Below, piece after piece: positions 53,717 to 64,000 of a stretch of DNA of 64,000 nt. The notes beneath the pieces are model-generated. The model made no database searches and had not been told where the DNA came from. It was given only the letters and a program-made list of their open reading frames with translations. Source of the stretch: Escherichia coli (GTDB taxonomy: Bacteria; Pseudomonadota; Gammaproteobacteria; Enterobacterales; Enterobacteriaceae); the NCBI RefSeq assembly GCF_003018255.1, contig NZ_CP027440.1, one strand, 5' to 3'. The translations under genes were made by a program, and so were the position numbers. Each line of letters opens with the position of its first letter. Positions within the stretch are counted from its first letter, which is position 1.

Positions 53717-54820
53717 TTATTCCCACTCTTGCAGGAAACGCTGACCATACTGGTCGGCTACCAGCAGTGCGGCGTAAACCTGATCTGGCGTCGCGCCGCC
53801 AGGCATGTTGTGGATGGTTTCACCTTCTGCACATGCCGCTTCTGCCACAATTCGCATTTTCGCCGGGACATCTTCTTTAATATCCAGTTGAGCGAGAGTT
53901 ATTGGCAAACCTACCGCATGGCTAAGTGCAGCTACGGTTTCGATTTCCTCCACCGGCGCGTTTTCCAGAACCAGCTGCGTCAGCGTACCAAATGCCACTT
54001 TTTCACCGTGGTAATAGTGATGCGCGTCCGGGATAGCGGTCAGGCCGTTATGCACCGCGTGAGCCGCCGCCAGCCCGCCGCTTTCAAAACCAACGCCGCT
54101 CAAATAGGTGTTCGCTTCAATCACGCGCTCCAGCGCCGGGGTTACTACATGCTGCTCGGCGGCAAGCATCGCTTTTTCGCCTTCTTCCAGCAGGGTGTTG
54201 TAGCACAGTTCAGCCAGTGCCAGCGCCGCCTGGGTGCACTTGCCGCCCGCCATGGTGGTCGCGCCGCTACGAGAGCAAGCACGCGCTTCAAACCAGGTTG
54301 CCAGCGCATCGCCGATACCCGCCGCTAACAGACGTGCAGGTGCGCCAGCGACGATTTTGGTGTCGACAATGACCATATTCGGGTTATTTGGCAACATCAG
54401 ATAGCGGTCAAATTCACCATCATCGGTGTAGATAACAGACAATGCGCTGCACGGTGCGTCGGTAGAGGCGATAGTCGGTGCGATCGCTACCGGAACACCC
54501 ATGAAATGTGCCAGTGCTTTGGCAGTATCGAGAGTTTTTCCGCCACCGATACCGAGAATTGCGCCACACTGCGCAGTCTCCGCGATGCCACGCAGACGGT
54601 CGATCTCATTTTGCGAACATTCACCGCCAAACGGCGCAATTTCTACTACCAGTCCAGCATCTTTAAAGCTTTTCTCGACAGTGGATTGAGCAAAACCTAA
54701 AACAAATTTGTCACCCACCACTAACCAGCGTTCTGCCAGCGGCTTCAGGTATTCGCCCAGACGATTAATCACATCAGCGCCCTGGATGTATTTACCCGGT
54801 GATTGAATAATGCGGTCCAT
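53717..54820 (-). CDS. gldA: glycerol dehydrogenase
   Basis: Translation [40 protein letters not shown], 367 aa. Confidence 0.95.
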   Translation of the reverse strand: MDRIIQSPGKYIQGADVINRLGEYLKPLAERWLVVGDKFVLGFAQSTVEKSFKDAGLVVEIAPFGGECSQNEIDRLRGIAETAQCGAILGIGGGKTLDTAKALAHFMGVPVAIAPTIASTDAPCSALSVIYTDDGEFDRYLMLPNNPNMVIVDTKIVAGAPARLLAAGIGDALATWFEARACSRSGATTMAGGKCTQAALALAELCYNTLLEEGEKAMLAAEQHVVTPALERVIEANTYLSGVGFESGGLAAAHAVHNGLTAIPDAHHYYHGEKVAFGTLTQLVLENAPVEEIETVAALSHAVGLPITLAQLDIKEDVPAKMRIVAEAACAEGETIHNMPGGATPDQVYAALLVADQYGQRFLQEWE

Positions 54821-54830
54821 AATTGCTCCT

Positions 54831-55493
54831 TTAGAGATGAGTAGTGCCAAATGCGGCATTCCAGTCGTGTTCGAACTTCTCTATAGCTGACTCTACCGCA
54901 GGGGTGTTGAGCATTTGTTGCGCTACATCTAAGGGCAGGGTGATGGATTCACATCCTGCCAGTAAACAGTCCAGCGCCTGACGTGGTGTTTTAAAGCTGG
55001 CAGCCAGCACCATGCTTTCTGGCGCATGCATTTCCAACAGCGCTTGCAGCTCCTGTACAGTACGAATGCCGTCACCGCCCTGGGCATCTACGCGGTTAAC
55101 GTATGGAGCAACGTATTTGGCTCCAGCCAGCGCCGCCAGTAATCCTTGCGCTGCGCTGTACACTGCGGTTCCCAGCGTAGTAATGCCTTCTTTCTTCAGC
55201 ATTTTAATTGCTGCCAGACCTTCAGAGGTTACCGGAATTTTAACCACAATGCCCGGAATAGCGTCGCGCAGGCGTTTCGCTTCTTTCACCATACCCTGCG
55301 CGTCGCGGCTCATGGTCTGAGCAAACAGAATTCCCTCATCACCGATCGCTTTTTGAAGGCGCGGCAGCACTTCCCAGATGGACTCCTTGCTGGCAGCGAT
55401 AATGCTCGGGTTAGTTGTCACCCCGGCAATCGGGAATATGCGTGCCAGACGTTCGACTTCTGCGACGTTAGCGGTGTCCAGATACAGTTCCAT
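54831..55493 (-). CDS. fsaB: fructose-6-phosphate aldolase 2
   Basis: 220-aa translation [47 protein letters not shown]. Confidence 0.95.
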   Translation of the reverse strand: MELYLDTANVAEVERLARIFPIAGVTTNPSIIAASKESIWEVLPRLQKAIGDEGILFAQTMSRDAQGMVKEAKRLRDAIPGIVVKIPVTSEGLAAIKMLKKEGITTLGTAVYSAAQGLLAALAGAKYVAPYVNRVDAQGGDGIRTVQELQALLEMHAPESMVLAASFKTPRQALDCLLAGCESITLPLDVAQQMLNTPAVESAIEKFEHDWNAAFGTTHL

Positions 55494-55504
55494 GATGTTT
55501 CCTT

Positions 55505-58006
55505 TTACAGTTCCAGTTCATGTTGCAGCAGGCTGGCGATAGCGTCGGCAGAGGCGGCGTTAACCAGCGCGTTACGGAATTCTTCGTGCATGATGCGACG
55601 AGCGAGGCGCGAGAAAATGCGCATGTGCTGATCGCCCGCAGCATGTTTGTTCAGGGTTAACATAATGATGAATTGCGCTTCATCATCGCCCCAGCGCACC
55701 GGCGCTGCCAGACGCGCCACGCTGATGGTGGATTGCTCAATGTGTTCTGATTTGCTGTGGGGAATGGCAAAACTAAAGCCCAGACCGGTAGAGAAAACGG
55801 CCTCGCGCGCCCACAAGTCGGCTTCCAGTTTACGCGGATAGCGACAGCGGCCCGCCAGCAGCAGGTTATCGGTCATGCCTTTGAGCACTTCTTCTTTGCT
55901 GCGCCAGTCGCTTTCCAGTGTGATGCACTCGGCGGTGACCAGCGGTGCGTCTTGTTGGGTCATGCGGAATTGCGCCAGCAGGTGTTCCACTTCCAGCGAA
56001 GTACGGCAGGCCATTGCCTGGTTGAGCAACTTGCGGCACTCACGGCTATCAAGTTGCGCCATCCGCGCTTTCGCCGCCGGAATTGATGGTGCGCTCATGC
56101 TGAGTTCATCCAGCCCTAAACCGACCAGCAACGGCAGCACGGAACCTTTCGCTCCCAGTTCACCGCACAGACCAATCCATTTGCCCTGGCGATGCACCGC
56201 CTGTACGGCGTAATCGAGCGCCCGCAAGAATGCTGGATTCAGGCTGTTGTAGTGACGAGTCACCTTAGCGTTATCGCGATCCACTGCCAGTAGATATTGC
56301 GTCAGGTCATTACTACCAATACTAAAGAAATCAATCTCTTCGCAGCATTGATCGATGATGAACATCACCGACGGCACTTCCAGCATGATGCCGAGTGGAA
56401 TCTTCTCATCAAACGGAATGTGTTCGTTACGCAGTTGCTGTTTGGCTTCCGCCAGTTTTTCTTTCACCCATAAGATCTCTTCCATTGAGGAGATCATCGG
56501 GATCATGATTTTCAGGCTGCCGTGAGCAGAGGCGCGCAGGATCGACCGTAGTTGTGTGGTAAACAACGACGCGTATTCTTCATAAATACGCACCGCGCGA
56601 TAACCGAGGAACGGGTTTGCCTCTGCGGGAATATTCAGATAATCAACGGGTTTGTCACCGCCAATATCCATAGTGCGCACAATAATGCTGCGTCCGTTGG
56701 CGGACTCCAGCGCCTGACAAAAAATGTTGTACAGCTCGCTTTCGCCCGGTGCACTGGTGCGATCCATATAGAGCATTTCAGTGCGGAATAAACCAACGCC
56801 TTCCGCACCATTGCCGAATGCGGCCTGCGCTTCCACGGAGTGAGCGATGTTAGCGGCAATTTCAATGCGGATACCGTCAGCGGTACGGGCTTGTTGGGTC
56901 AGCCAGACACGCTGTTGCTCACGCAGGGCGTCCTGTACGCGGGCTTCTTGCTGATAATAACGGGCCACGGCTTCCCCTGGCTCAACCACAATCGCCCCTG
57001 CGTTGCCGTCGATATAAATCGTTTGATGCTGCCACGGAGTAAGGGCATCAATATCCACACCTACCAGCGTCGGAATGTTGAACGAACGGGCAAGGATCAC
57101 CGTATGTGAGGTGGTGCCGCCACTTTTCAGTAATAGACCTTTGAGGTGATTTTTATCCAGTTCGAGGAACTGGCTGGGGGTCAGTTCATCAGCCATACAA
57201 ATGGCGGGCTGCGTCAGTTTGCCCGGTGCCGGGAAGCGTTGCTCACCGTAGATTTGCTGGAGTAACTGGAAGCAGACGTCGCGTACGTCCAGGGCACGTT
57301 CTTGCAGGTAGCTGCTGCTGGAACGGGCGAACTCTTCGCAAAAGTGATTCGCACTGGCAACAATCGCTTCGGCGCAGCTTAATCCGGCGCTGACACCTGC
57401 CAGTAAATGTTCGCGCAGGGAAGTATCGCCAGCCAGGGATCGGTGAGCTTCCAGTATCGCGCTGGTAGCACCGTCGCTATCCAGCAGACGAAATTCAATG
57501 TTTTTCATCACCAGTGTCAGGCCGTTTTCCAGCGCGGATTGCTCGGCGTCAACGCCTTTGGCAGCAGGAAGATTACCCAGCGCATTGAGATCTAAAGAAG
57601 AGATCGGCGTCAGAATGCCGCCTGCACTACCACTGCACACGGTGCGAGCACGGATAATTTGCGGATTCAGATTGGTCAGTGAAACCGGCAGTGGTTCCAG
57701 TTCGTCAGATTTTACTTCCGCCAGCGGTGCGTCGCAGTGGGGGAATTCATCGCGCAGCCATTGGCTTAAACGCTGGTGCGCTTCCTGTTCGTCGGCCCCG
57801 GAAATCAGTAACTGGCAGTTATCGCCCACCAGCGTATCGGTGCCAATCAGCGCAAGGGCGCTTTTGGCGTTGCCCTTGCGGTCAGTGCGCAGGTTATGCC
57901 ACTCAATTTGTGATGAAAAAGTATTACACAGCGTTTCAACGTGGCTTGCCGGACGTGCATGTACGCCGTTAGGTAGCTCACAAATAAATTCCACAATCAG
58001 GGCCAT
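55505..58006 (-). CDS. ptsA: multiphosphoryl transfer protein (enzyme I-like / HPr / EIIA-Fru fusion)
   Basis: 833-aa translation [24 protein letters not shown] with a PEP-utilising enzyme region; heads the ptsA-fsaB-gldA operon. Confidence 0.92.
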   Translation of the reverse strand: MALIVEFICELPNGVHARPASHVETLCNTFSSQIEWHNLRTDRKGNAKSALALIGTDTLVGDNCQLLISGADEQEAHQRLSQWLRDEFPHCDAPLAEVKSDELEPLPVSLTNLNPQIIRARTVCSGSAGGILTPISSLDLNALGNLPAAKGVDAEQSALENGLTLVMKNIEFRLLDSDGATSAILEAHRSLAGDTSLREHLLAGVSAGLSCAEAIVASANHFCEEFARSSSSYLQERALDVRDVCFQLLQQIYGEQRFPAPGKLTQPAICMADELTPSQFLELDKNHLKGLLLKSGGTTSHTVILARSFNIPTLVGVDIDALTPWQHQTIYIDGNAGAIVVEPGEAVARYYQQEARVQDALREQQRVWLTQQARTADGIRIEIAANIAHSVEAQAAFGNGAEGVGLFRTEMLYMDRTSAPGESELYNIFCQALESANGRSIIVRTMDIGGDKPVDYLNIPAEANPFLGYRAVRIYEEYASLFTTQLRSILRASAHGSLKIMIPMISSMEEILWVKEKLAEAKQQLRNEHIPFDEKIPLGIMLEVPSVMFIIDQCCEEIDFFSIGSNDLTQYLLAVDRDNAKVTRHYNSLNPAFLRALDYAVQAVHRQGKWIGLCGELGAKGSVLPLLVGLGLDELSMSAPSIPAAKARMAQLDSRECRKLLNQAMACRTSLEVEHLLAQFRMTQQDAPLVTAECITLESDWRSKEEVLKGMTDNLLLAGRCRYPRKLEADLWAREAVFSTGLGFSFAIPHSKSEHIEQSTISVARLAAPVRWGDDEAQFIIMLTLNKHAAGDQHMRIFSRLARRIMHEEFRNALVNAASADAIASLLQHELEL

Positions 58007-58314
58007 TGCCTCTCTCCCGGTACGGTTTTCTGTTTACAGGATAAGAGCGCACGGCAACGGCCTGCCATGTGACAAATCTGCCAAAAGCTGGACAAATGTA
58101 ATGTAACCGTCAATTTGCGACGCGTCTCACAAGACGCCGTTTTGCGGCATGCTTCCGGATCATCGCAAGTTATGAGGCGGATCGCATTTTTGTACTGATA
58201 TTACAAAAGTCCAGTAAATGGCCTTTTTATCCACTGTTTGCTCCGCCTGCGATTGCCTATTGTTTCCTCCATCAAAAATATGGACATGGGCTTTTGCAAG
58301 CCCGGGAGCAGCTT

Positions 58315-59394
58315 ATGAATGAGTTGGTGCAGATCCTGAAAAATACCCGTCAGCATTTAATGACGGGCGTTTCACACATGATTCCCTTCGTGGTATCGGG
58401 CGGTATTTTGCTGGCGGTTTCCGTCATGTTGTATGGCAAAGGCGCAGTGCCGGATGCCGTAGCCGATCCGAATCTGAAAAAACTGTTTGATATCGGCGTT
58501 GCGGGTTTGACGCTGATGGTGCCTTTCCTCGCCGCTTACATTGGTTACTCCATTGCAGAGCGTTCTGCGCTGGCTCCGTGCGCTATCGGTGCCTGGGTTG
58601 GTAACAGCTTTGGTGCGGGCTTCTTTGGTGCACTGATCGCCGGGATTATCGGCGGCATCGTGGTGCATTACCTGAAGAAAATTCCGGTGCATAAAGTTCT
58701 GCGCTCGGTGATGCCAATCTTCATCATTCCGATCGTCGGCACACTGATTACCGCAGGCATCATGATGTGGGGGCTGGGCGAGCCTGTGGGGGCATTGACC
58801 AACAGCCTGACTCAGTGGCTTCAGGGGATGCAGCAGGGCAGCATTGTTATGCTGGCGGTGATCATGGGCCTGATGCTGGCGTTCGATATGGGCGGTCCGG
58901 TTAACAAAGTGGCCTATGCCTTCATGCTGATTTGCGTTGCTCAGGGTGTTTATACCGTGGTGGCCATTGCTGCCGTGGGTATTTGTATTCCGCCGCTGGG
59001 GATGGGGCTGGCGACGCTGATTGGTCGTAAAAATTTCTCCGCAGAAGAGCGCGAAACCGGTAAAGCGGCGCTGGTGATGGGGTGCGTTGGGGTTACTGAA
59101 GGGGCGATTCCTTTCGCCGCTGCCGATCCGCTGCGTGTTATTCCTTCCATCATGGTCGGTTCAGTTTGTGGTGCAGTAACTGCGGCGCTGGTCGGTGCGC
59201 AGTGCTATGCAGGCTGGGGCGGTCTGATTGTGCTGCCGGTGGTTGAAGGCAAGCTGGGTTATATCGCAGCAGTAGCTGTCGGAGCAGTGGTGACGGCTGT
59301 TTGTGTGAACGTGCTGAAAAGTCTGGCGCGTAAAAATGGGTCTTCGACTGATGAAAAAGAAGACGACCTGGATTTGGATTTTGAAATTAATTAA
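58315..59394 (+). CDS. frwC: fructose-like PTS enzyme IIC component
   Basis: Translation MNELVQILKNTRQHLMTGVSHMIPFVVSGG, 359 aa, polytopic. Confidence 0.92.
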   Translation: MNELVQILKNTRQHLMTGVSHMIPFVVSGGILLAVSVMLYGKGAVPDAVADPNLKKLFDIGVAGLTLMVPFLAAYIGYSIAERSALAPCAIGAWVGNSFGAGFFGALIAGIIGGIVVHYLKKIPVHKVLRSVMPIFIIPIVGTLITAGIMMWGLGEPVGALTNSLTQWLQGMQQGSIVMLAVIMGLMLAFDMGGPVNKVAYAFMLICVAQGVYTVVAIAAVGICIPPLGMGLATLIGRKNFSAEERETGKAALVMGCVGVTEGAIPFAAADPLRVIPSIMVGSVCGAVTAALVGAQCYAGWGGLIVLPVVEGKLGYIAAVAVGAVVTAVCVNVLKSLARKNGSSTDEKEDDLDLDFEIN

Positions 59395-59408
59395 TTGAGG
59401 AACGAGCC

Positions 59409-59729
59409 ATGACGAAAATTATTGCAGTAACCGCGTGTCCATCTGGTGTTGCCCATACCTATATGGCGGCAGAGGCGCTGGAAAGTGCCGCGAAAGCGAA
59501 AGGCTGGGAAGTGAAAGTAGAAACCCAGGGCTCGATTGGTCTGGAAAACGAACTGACTGCGGAAGACGTGGCGAGCGCCGATATGGTGATCCTGACCAAA
59601 GATATCGGCATCAAGTTTGAAGAGCGTTTTGCTGGCAAGACCATCGTGCGCGTCAACATCAGCGACGCGGTAAAACGCGCTGATGCCATTATGAGCAAAA
59701 TTGAAGCTCACCTGGCACAAACCGCTTAA
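59409..59729 (+). CDS. frwB: fructose-like PTS enzyme IIB component
   Basis: 106-aa translation MTKIIAVTACPSGVAHTYMAAEALESAAKAKGWEVKVETQG. Confidence 0.93.
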   Translation: MTKIIAVTACPSGVAHTYMAAEALESAAKAKGWEVKVETQGSIGLENELTAEDVASADMVILTKDIGIKFEERFAGKTIVRVNISDAVKRADAIMSKIEAHLAQTA

Positions 59730-59779
59730 GTTCTTATCCCGCCCGTAAGGGCGGGTTCGCTTTCCCACAGGAGTTCCTC

Positions 59780-62077
59780 ATGACGAATCGTATCTCTCGC
59801 CTCAAAACTGCACTGTTTGCCAATACCCGTGAAATCTCGCTGGAGCGTGCGCTGCTTTATACCGCCAGCCATCGGCAAACCGAAGGCGAACCGGTGATAT
59901 TGCGCCGGGCGAAAGCAACAGCGTATATCCTTGAACATGTTGAAATTTCGATTCGTGATGAAGAACTGATTGCCGGTAACCGCACCGTAAAACCGCGCGC
60001 CGGGATTATGTCGCCGGAAATGGACCCTTACTGGCTGCTGAAAGAGCTGGATCAATTCCCGACGCGTCCGCAGGACCGCTTTGCTATCAGCGAAGAAGAT
60101 AAACGTATCTACCGTGAAGAGTTGTTCCCGTACTGGGAAAAACGTTCGATGAAAGATTTCATTAACGGGCAGATGACGGATGAAGTAAAAGCCGCGACCA
60201 GCACGCAGATTTTCAGCATCAACCAGACGGATAAAGGCCAGGGGCACATTATTATTGATTACCCGCGCCTGCTGAATCACGGGCTGGGTGAGCTGGTAGC
60301 GCAGATGCAGCAACATTGTCAGCAACAGCCGGAGAATCACTTTTATCAGGCAGCGCTGTTACTGCTCGAAGCCTCGCAGAAACACATTTTGCGTTACGCC
60401 GAACTGGCGGAAACGATGGCGGCAAGCTGCACTGATGCCCAGCGTCGCGAAGAACTGCTGACTATTGCGGAGATCTCCCGCCATAACGCCGAACATAAGC
60501 CGCAGACGTTCTGGCAGGCGTGCCAGTTATTCTGGTACATGAACATCATTCTGCAATACGAATCCAACGCCAGTTCACTATCGTTGGGGCGCTTCGACCA
60601 GTATATGTTGCCGTTCTATCAGGCATCATTAACCCAGGGCGAAGATCCGGCGTTCCTGAAAGAACTGCTCGAATCTTTATGGGTGAAATGCAACGACATC
60701 GTGCTGTTGCGCTCCACCAGTAGCGCGCGTTATTTCGCCGGTTTCCCGACCGGCTATACCGCACTGCTCGGCGGGTTAACCGAGAACGGACGTAGCGCGG
60801 TGAACGTGCTTTCGTTCCTTTGCCTTGACGCTTATCAAAGCGTGCAATTACCGCAACCGAACCTCGGCGTGCGCACTAACGCCTTGATCGACACGCCGTT
60901 CCTGATGAAAACCGCAGAAACCATTCGCCTCGGCACCGGTATTCCGCAAATCTTTAACGATGAAGTGGTGGTGCCAGCGTTCCTCAACCGTGGCGTTTCG
61001 CTGGAAGATGCACGCGACTATTCCGTAGTGGGCTGTGTGGAATTATCTATTCCCGGCAGAACCTACGGCTTGCATGACATCGCGATGTTTAATCTGCTGA
61101 AAGTGATGGAAATCTGCCTGCATGAAAATGAAGGCAATGCTGCGCTGACTTATGAAGGTTTACTGGAGCAGATCCGCGCCAAGATCAGCCACTACATCAC
61201 CCTGATGGTTGAGGGCAGCAATATTTGCGATATCGGTCACCGTGACTGGGCACCTGTACCGCTGCTCTCATCGTTTATCAGCGATTGTCTGGAAAAAGGC
61301 AGCGATATTACCGATGGCGGCGCGCGTTATAACTTCTCCGGCGTACAGGGGATCGGTATCGCCAACCTGAGCGATTCTCTCCATGCGTTGAAAGGGATGG
61401 TTTTTGAGCAACAGCGTTTAAGTTTTGACGAATTGCTGTCGGTATTAAAAGCCAACTTCGCAACGCCAGAAGGCGAAAAAGTCCGTGCTCGCTTAATTAA
61501 CCGCTTCGAGAAATACGGTAACGATATCGACGAGGTGGATAACATCAGCGCCGAACTGTTACGCCACTACTGCAAAGAAGTGGAAAAATACCAGAACCCG
61601 CGCAGCGGCTACTTCACGCCGGGATCGTATACCGTTTCTGCTCACGTCCCGTTGGGATCGGTGGTTGGCGCGACGCCAGACGGTCGTTTTGCCGGGGAAC
61701 AACTGGCAGACGGCGGCTTGTCACCCATGCTGGGCCAGGACGCACAAGGGCCAACGGCGGTACTGAAGTCAGTCAGTAAGCTCGATAATACGCTGCTGTC
61801 TAACGGTACGTTGCTGAACGTGAAATTCACTCCGGCGACTCTGGAAGGTGAAGCGGGATTACGCAAACTGGCCGACTTCTTACGGGCGTTTACCCAGCTT
61901 AAGTTGCAGCATATTCAGTTTAACGTGGTGAACGCCGACACGTTGCGGGAAGCGCAACAGCGCCCACAAGATTATGCCGGGCTGGTGGTGCGCGTTGCCG
62001 GATACAGCGCCTTCTTTGTCGAATTGTCGAAGGAGATCCAGGATGACATCATCCGCCGGACAGCGCATCAGCTGTAA
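59780..62077 (+). CDS. pflD: pyruvate formate-lyase-like glycyl-radical enzyme
   Basis: 765 aa; C-terminal glycyl-radical motif VVRVAGYSAFFVEL. Confidence 0.93.
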   Translation: MTNRISRLKTALFANTREISLERALLYTASHRQTEGEPVILRRAKATAYILEHVEISIRDEELIAGNRTVKPRAGIMSPEMDPYWLLKELDQFPTRPQDRFAISEEDKRIYREELFPYWEKRSMKDFINGQMTDEVKAATSTQIFSINQTDKGQGHIIIDYPRLLNHGLGELVAQMQQHCQQQPENHFYQAALLLLEASQKHILRYAELAETMAASCTDAQRREELLTIAEISRHNAEHKPQTFWQACQLFWYMNIILQYESNASSLSLGRFDQYMLPFYQASLTQGEDPAFLKELLESLWVKCNDIVLLRSTSSARYFAGFPTGYTALLGGLTENGRSAVNVLSFLCLDAYQSVQLPQPNLGVRTNALIDTPFLMKTAETIRLGTGIPQIFNDEVVVPAFLNRGVSLEDARDYSVVGCVELSIPGRTYGLHDIAMFNLLKVMEICLHENEGNAALTYEGLLEQIRAKISHYITLMVEGSNICDIGHRDWAPVPLLSSFISDCLEKGSDITDGGARYNFSGVQGIGIANLSDSLHALKGMVFEQQRLSFDELLSVLKANFATPEGEKVRARLINRFEKYGNDIDEVDNISAELLRHYCKEVEKYQNPRSGYFTPGSYTVSAHVPLGSVVGATPDGRFAGEQLADGGLSPMLGQDAQGPTAVLKSVSKLDNTLLSNGTLLNVKFTPATLEGEAGLRKLADFLRAFTQLKLQHIQFNVVNADTLREAQQRPQDYAGLVVRVAGYSAFFVELSKEIQDDIIRRTAHQL

Positions 62078-62921
62078 CGTTGTGGAAACGCGCCGCAATG
62101 ATGTGGCGCGCATTTTCAACATTCAGCGTTATTCACTGAATGACGGCGAGGGCATTCGTACGGTGGTCTTTTTTAAAGGCTGTCCGCATCTTTGCCCATG
62201 GTGTGCTAATCCGGAGTCGATCTCCGGCAAAATCCAGACGGTACGCAGAGAGGCGAAATGTCTGCACTGTGCGAAATGTTTGCGTGATGCGGATGAATGC
62301 CCCTCCGGGGCGTTTGAACGGATTGGCCGCGATATCAGCCTTGACGCGCTGGAGCGGGAAGTGATGAAAGATGACATTTTCTTTCGCACGTCCGGCGGCG
62401 GCGTCACGCTTTCTGGCGGCGAAGTGTTAATGCAGGCGGAGTTTGCTACCCGTTTTTTACAGCGGCTGCGGTTGTGGGGCGTGTCATGCGCCATTGAAAC
62501 TGCCGGAGACGCGCCAGCCAGCAAGCTGTTACCGCTGGCGAAATTGTGCGATGAAGTGTTGTTCGATTTAAAAATTATGGACGCGACTCAGGCGCGGGAT
62601 GTGGTGAAGATGAATCTGCCACGCGTGCTGGAGAATCTGCGTTTGCTGGTGAGTGAGGGCGTCAACGTGATCCCGCGTTTACCGCTGATCCCTGGTTTCA
62701 CGCTCAGCCAGGAGAATATGCAGCAGGCTCTGGACGTGCTGATCCCGCTGAATATCAGGCAGATCCATCTGTTACCGTTTCATCAGTACGGCGAACCGAA
62801 ATACCGCCTGCTGGGGAAAACATGGTCGATGAAAGAGGTGCCTGCGCCGTCGTCAGCTGATGTGGCAACGATGCGCGAAATGGCAGAACGGGCCGGATTT
62901 CAGGTTACCGTGGGAGGTTAA
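62043..62921 (+). CDS. pflC: glycyl-radical enzyme activating protein (radical SAM)
   Basis: Translation MTSSAGQRISCNVVETRRNDVARIF, 292 aa; CxxxCxxC motif CPHLCPWC; 35-bp overlap with pflD. Confidence 0.92.
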   Translation: MTSSAGQRISCNVVETRRNDVARIFNIQRYSLNDGEGIRTVVFFKGCPHLCPWCANPESISGKIQTVRREAKCLHCAKCLRDADECPSGAFERIGRDISLDALEREVMKDDIFFRTSGGGVTLSGGEVLMQAEFATRFLQRLRLWGVSCAIETAGDAPASKLLPLAKLCDEVLFDLKIMDATQARDVVKMNLPRVLENLRLLVSEGVNVIPRLPLIPGFTLSQENMQQALDVLIPLNIRQIHLLPFHQYGEPKYRLLGKTWSMKEVPAPSSADVATMREMAERAGFQVTVGG

Positions 62922-62922
62922 A

Positions 62923-63264
62923 ATGGCATACCTGGTGGCAGTAACCGCCTGCGTCAGTGGCGTGGCGCATACTTATATGGCGGCGGAACGGCTGGAAAAG
63001 TTGTGCCTGTTAGAGAAGTGGGGCGTCAGCATTGAAACTCAGGGCGCGCTGGGAACGGAGAATCGTTTAGCGGACGAGGATATCCGCCGGGCGGATGTTG
63101 CGCTGTTAATTACGGATATCGAGCTTGCCGGTGCTGAGCGATTTGACCATTGCCGCTATGTGCAATGCAGCATCTACGCTTTCCTTCGTGAGCCGCAGCG
63201 GGTGATGAGCGCGGTACGCAAAGTGCTTTCTGCGCCGCAGCAAACCCATCTCATTCTGGAGTAG
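62923..63264 (+). CDS. frwD: fructose-like PTS enzyme IIB component 2
   Basis: Translation MAYLVAVTACVSGVAHTYMAAERLEKL, 113 aa. Confidence 0.9.
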   Translation: MAYLVAVTACVSGVAHTYMAAERLEKLCLLEKWGVSIETQGALGTENRLADEDIRRADVALLITDIELAGAERFDHCRYVQCSIYAFLREPQRVMSAVRKVLSAPQQTHLILE

Positions 63265-64000
63265 TCGGTTTTTCTGTCAGTTGGCTGTGGTACTGCCGAC
63301 GATATTCCGACGGTGAGCGTTCGGTATTTTTACGAAACAGACGGCAGAAGTAGTTGCTGTCGACAAAGCCGCAGGCGTGCGCCACTTCTTTTACCTTCAG
63401 GTCATAGCCTTTCAATAACGTCTTAGCGTGCTCCAGTCGCGTGTGATTCAGGTATTCGTTAAAACCAGTGGCCCCCGTTTTTTGAAACAGGTGCGAGAGG
63501 TAATTTGGCGAAATATAGAATGCCTGTGCGACAGATTCGCGGGTAAGCGCGGAGGCATAGCGTTCGTCGATATAATCACGAATAGCTTCGAACAGTGCCT
63601 GGCTGCGTGAGGCGGTCTGGATTTGGCTGCCAAGCAAATCGCGGCAGTGGCTAAGCAGGCTGGCGACGATAAGCCTTGCCGTTTGCTGCTCCTGCGACTG
63701 CATTTGCATTTCATTGAGCGTTTGTAGCAGAAAAGAACCTATGCGTGGGCCGCGTCGGGCGACGTGTTGCTTCGCCAGATTTTGATATTGTTTGCCATCC
63801 CATTGCACGACGCTGAAGCCGAGTTGCTGTTTGCCAAACAGCACGCTAAAGGTAGTGGCGGGGGCTTGCCATTGTGGAAAATTCCAGCCACCAGCGGGAA
63901 CGTACAGCACATCGCCGGGAACTAACGCTGCTCCAGCGCCGGTATCAATAAACTCACCTTCCAGCACAATTTCCAGCCGTGGAAAATCGACCTGATACGC
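63251..64000 (-). CDS. yijO: AraC-family transcriptional regulator YijO (partial; 5' end beyond the window)
   Basis: C-terminal AraC HTH region (VAHACGFVDSNYFCRLFRKNTERSPSEYR); stop at 63251-63253; ORF open to the window edge; convergent 14-bp overlap with frwD. Confidence 0.85.
   Translation of the reverse strand, partial: AYQVDFPRLEIVLEGEFIDTGAGAALVPGDVLYVPAGGWNFPQWQAPATTFSVLFGKQQLGFSVVQWDGKQYQNLAKQHVARRGPRIGSFLLQTLNEMQMQSQEQQTARLIVASLLSHCRDLLGSQIQTASRSQALFEAIRDYIDERYASALTRESVAQAFYISPNYLSHLFQKTGATGFNEYLNHTRLEHAKTLLKGYDLKVKEVAHACGFVDSNYFCRLFRKNTERSPSEYRRQYHSQLTEKPTTPE

Noticed and set aside
61974-62077. pflD/pflC 35-bp overlap and the longer upstream pflC ORF start
   Set aside because: This is the known arrangement of this glycyl-radical enzyme and activase pair. 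The internal ATG at 62043 gives the expected 292-aa activase.

Overview
This window reads as an Escherichia coli-type chromosomal segment, syntenic with the K-12 rha-to-frw region (rhaMDAB, rhaSR, rhaT, sodA, kdgT, yiiM, cpxARP, fieF, pfkA, sbp, cdh, tpiA, yiiQRS, uspD, fpr, glpXKF, zapB, rraA, menA, hslUV, ftsN, cytR, priA, rpmE, yiiX, metJBL, metF, katG, yijEF, gldA, fsaB, ptsA, frwCB, pflDC, frwD, yijO). Gene identities come from recognising the supplied translations and gene order from memory, not from a database search. Starts were trimmed from the ORF-track maxima to the start codon that gives the known protein length. Most of the window is ordinary core genome with REP/BIME clusters and intrinsic terminators in the intergenic regions; no rRNA, tRNA, CRISPR array or integrase was seen. 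Two loci do not fit the K-12 layout. The main one is a ~7.8 kb block inserted between metL and metF (about 40.65-48.3 kb), which by eye looks AT-richer than its flanks. It encodes a Tsx-like outer-membrane nucleoside channel paralog, three paralogous signal-peptide-bearing UshA/CpdB-family metallophosphoesterase/5'-nucleotidases (two of them in inverted orientation), and a cysteine-rich cytoplasmic protein with a transposase-type zinc ribbon. I read this as a candidate periplasmic nucleotide-processing and nucleoside-uptake module; its substrate and novelty are unverified. The second is a 464-aa porin-like outer-membrane protein with an N-terminal coiled coil at the left edge, convergent with rhaM where K-12 carries the frv operon.
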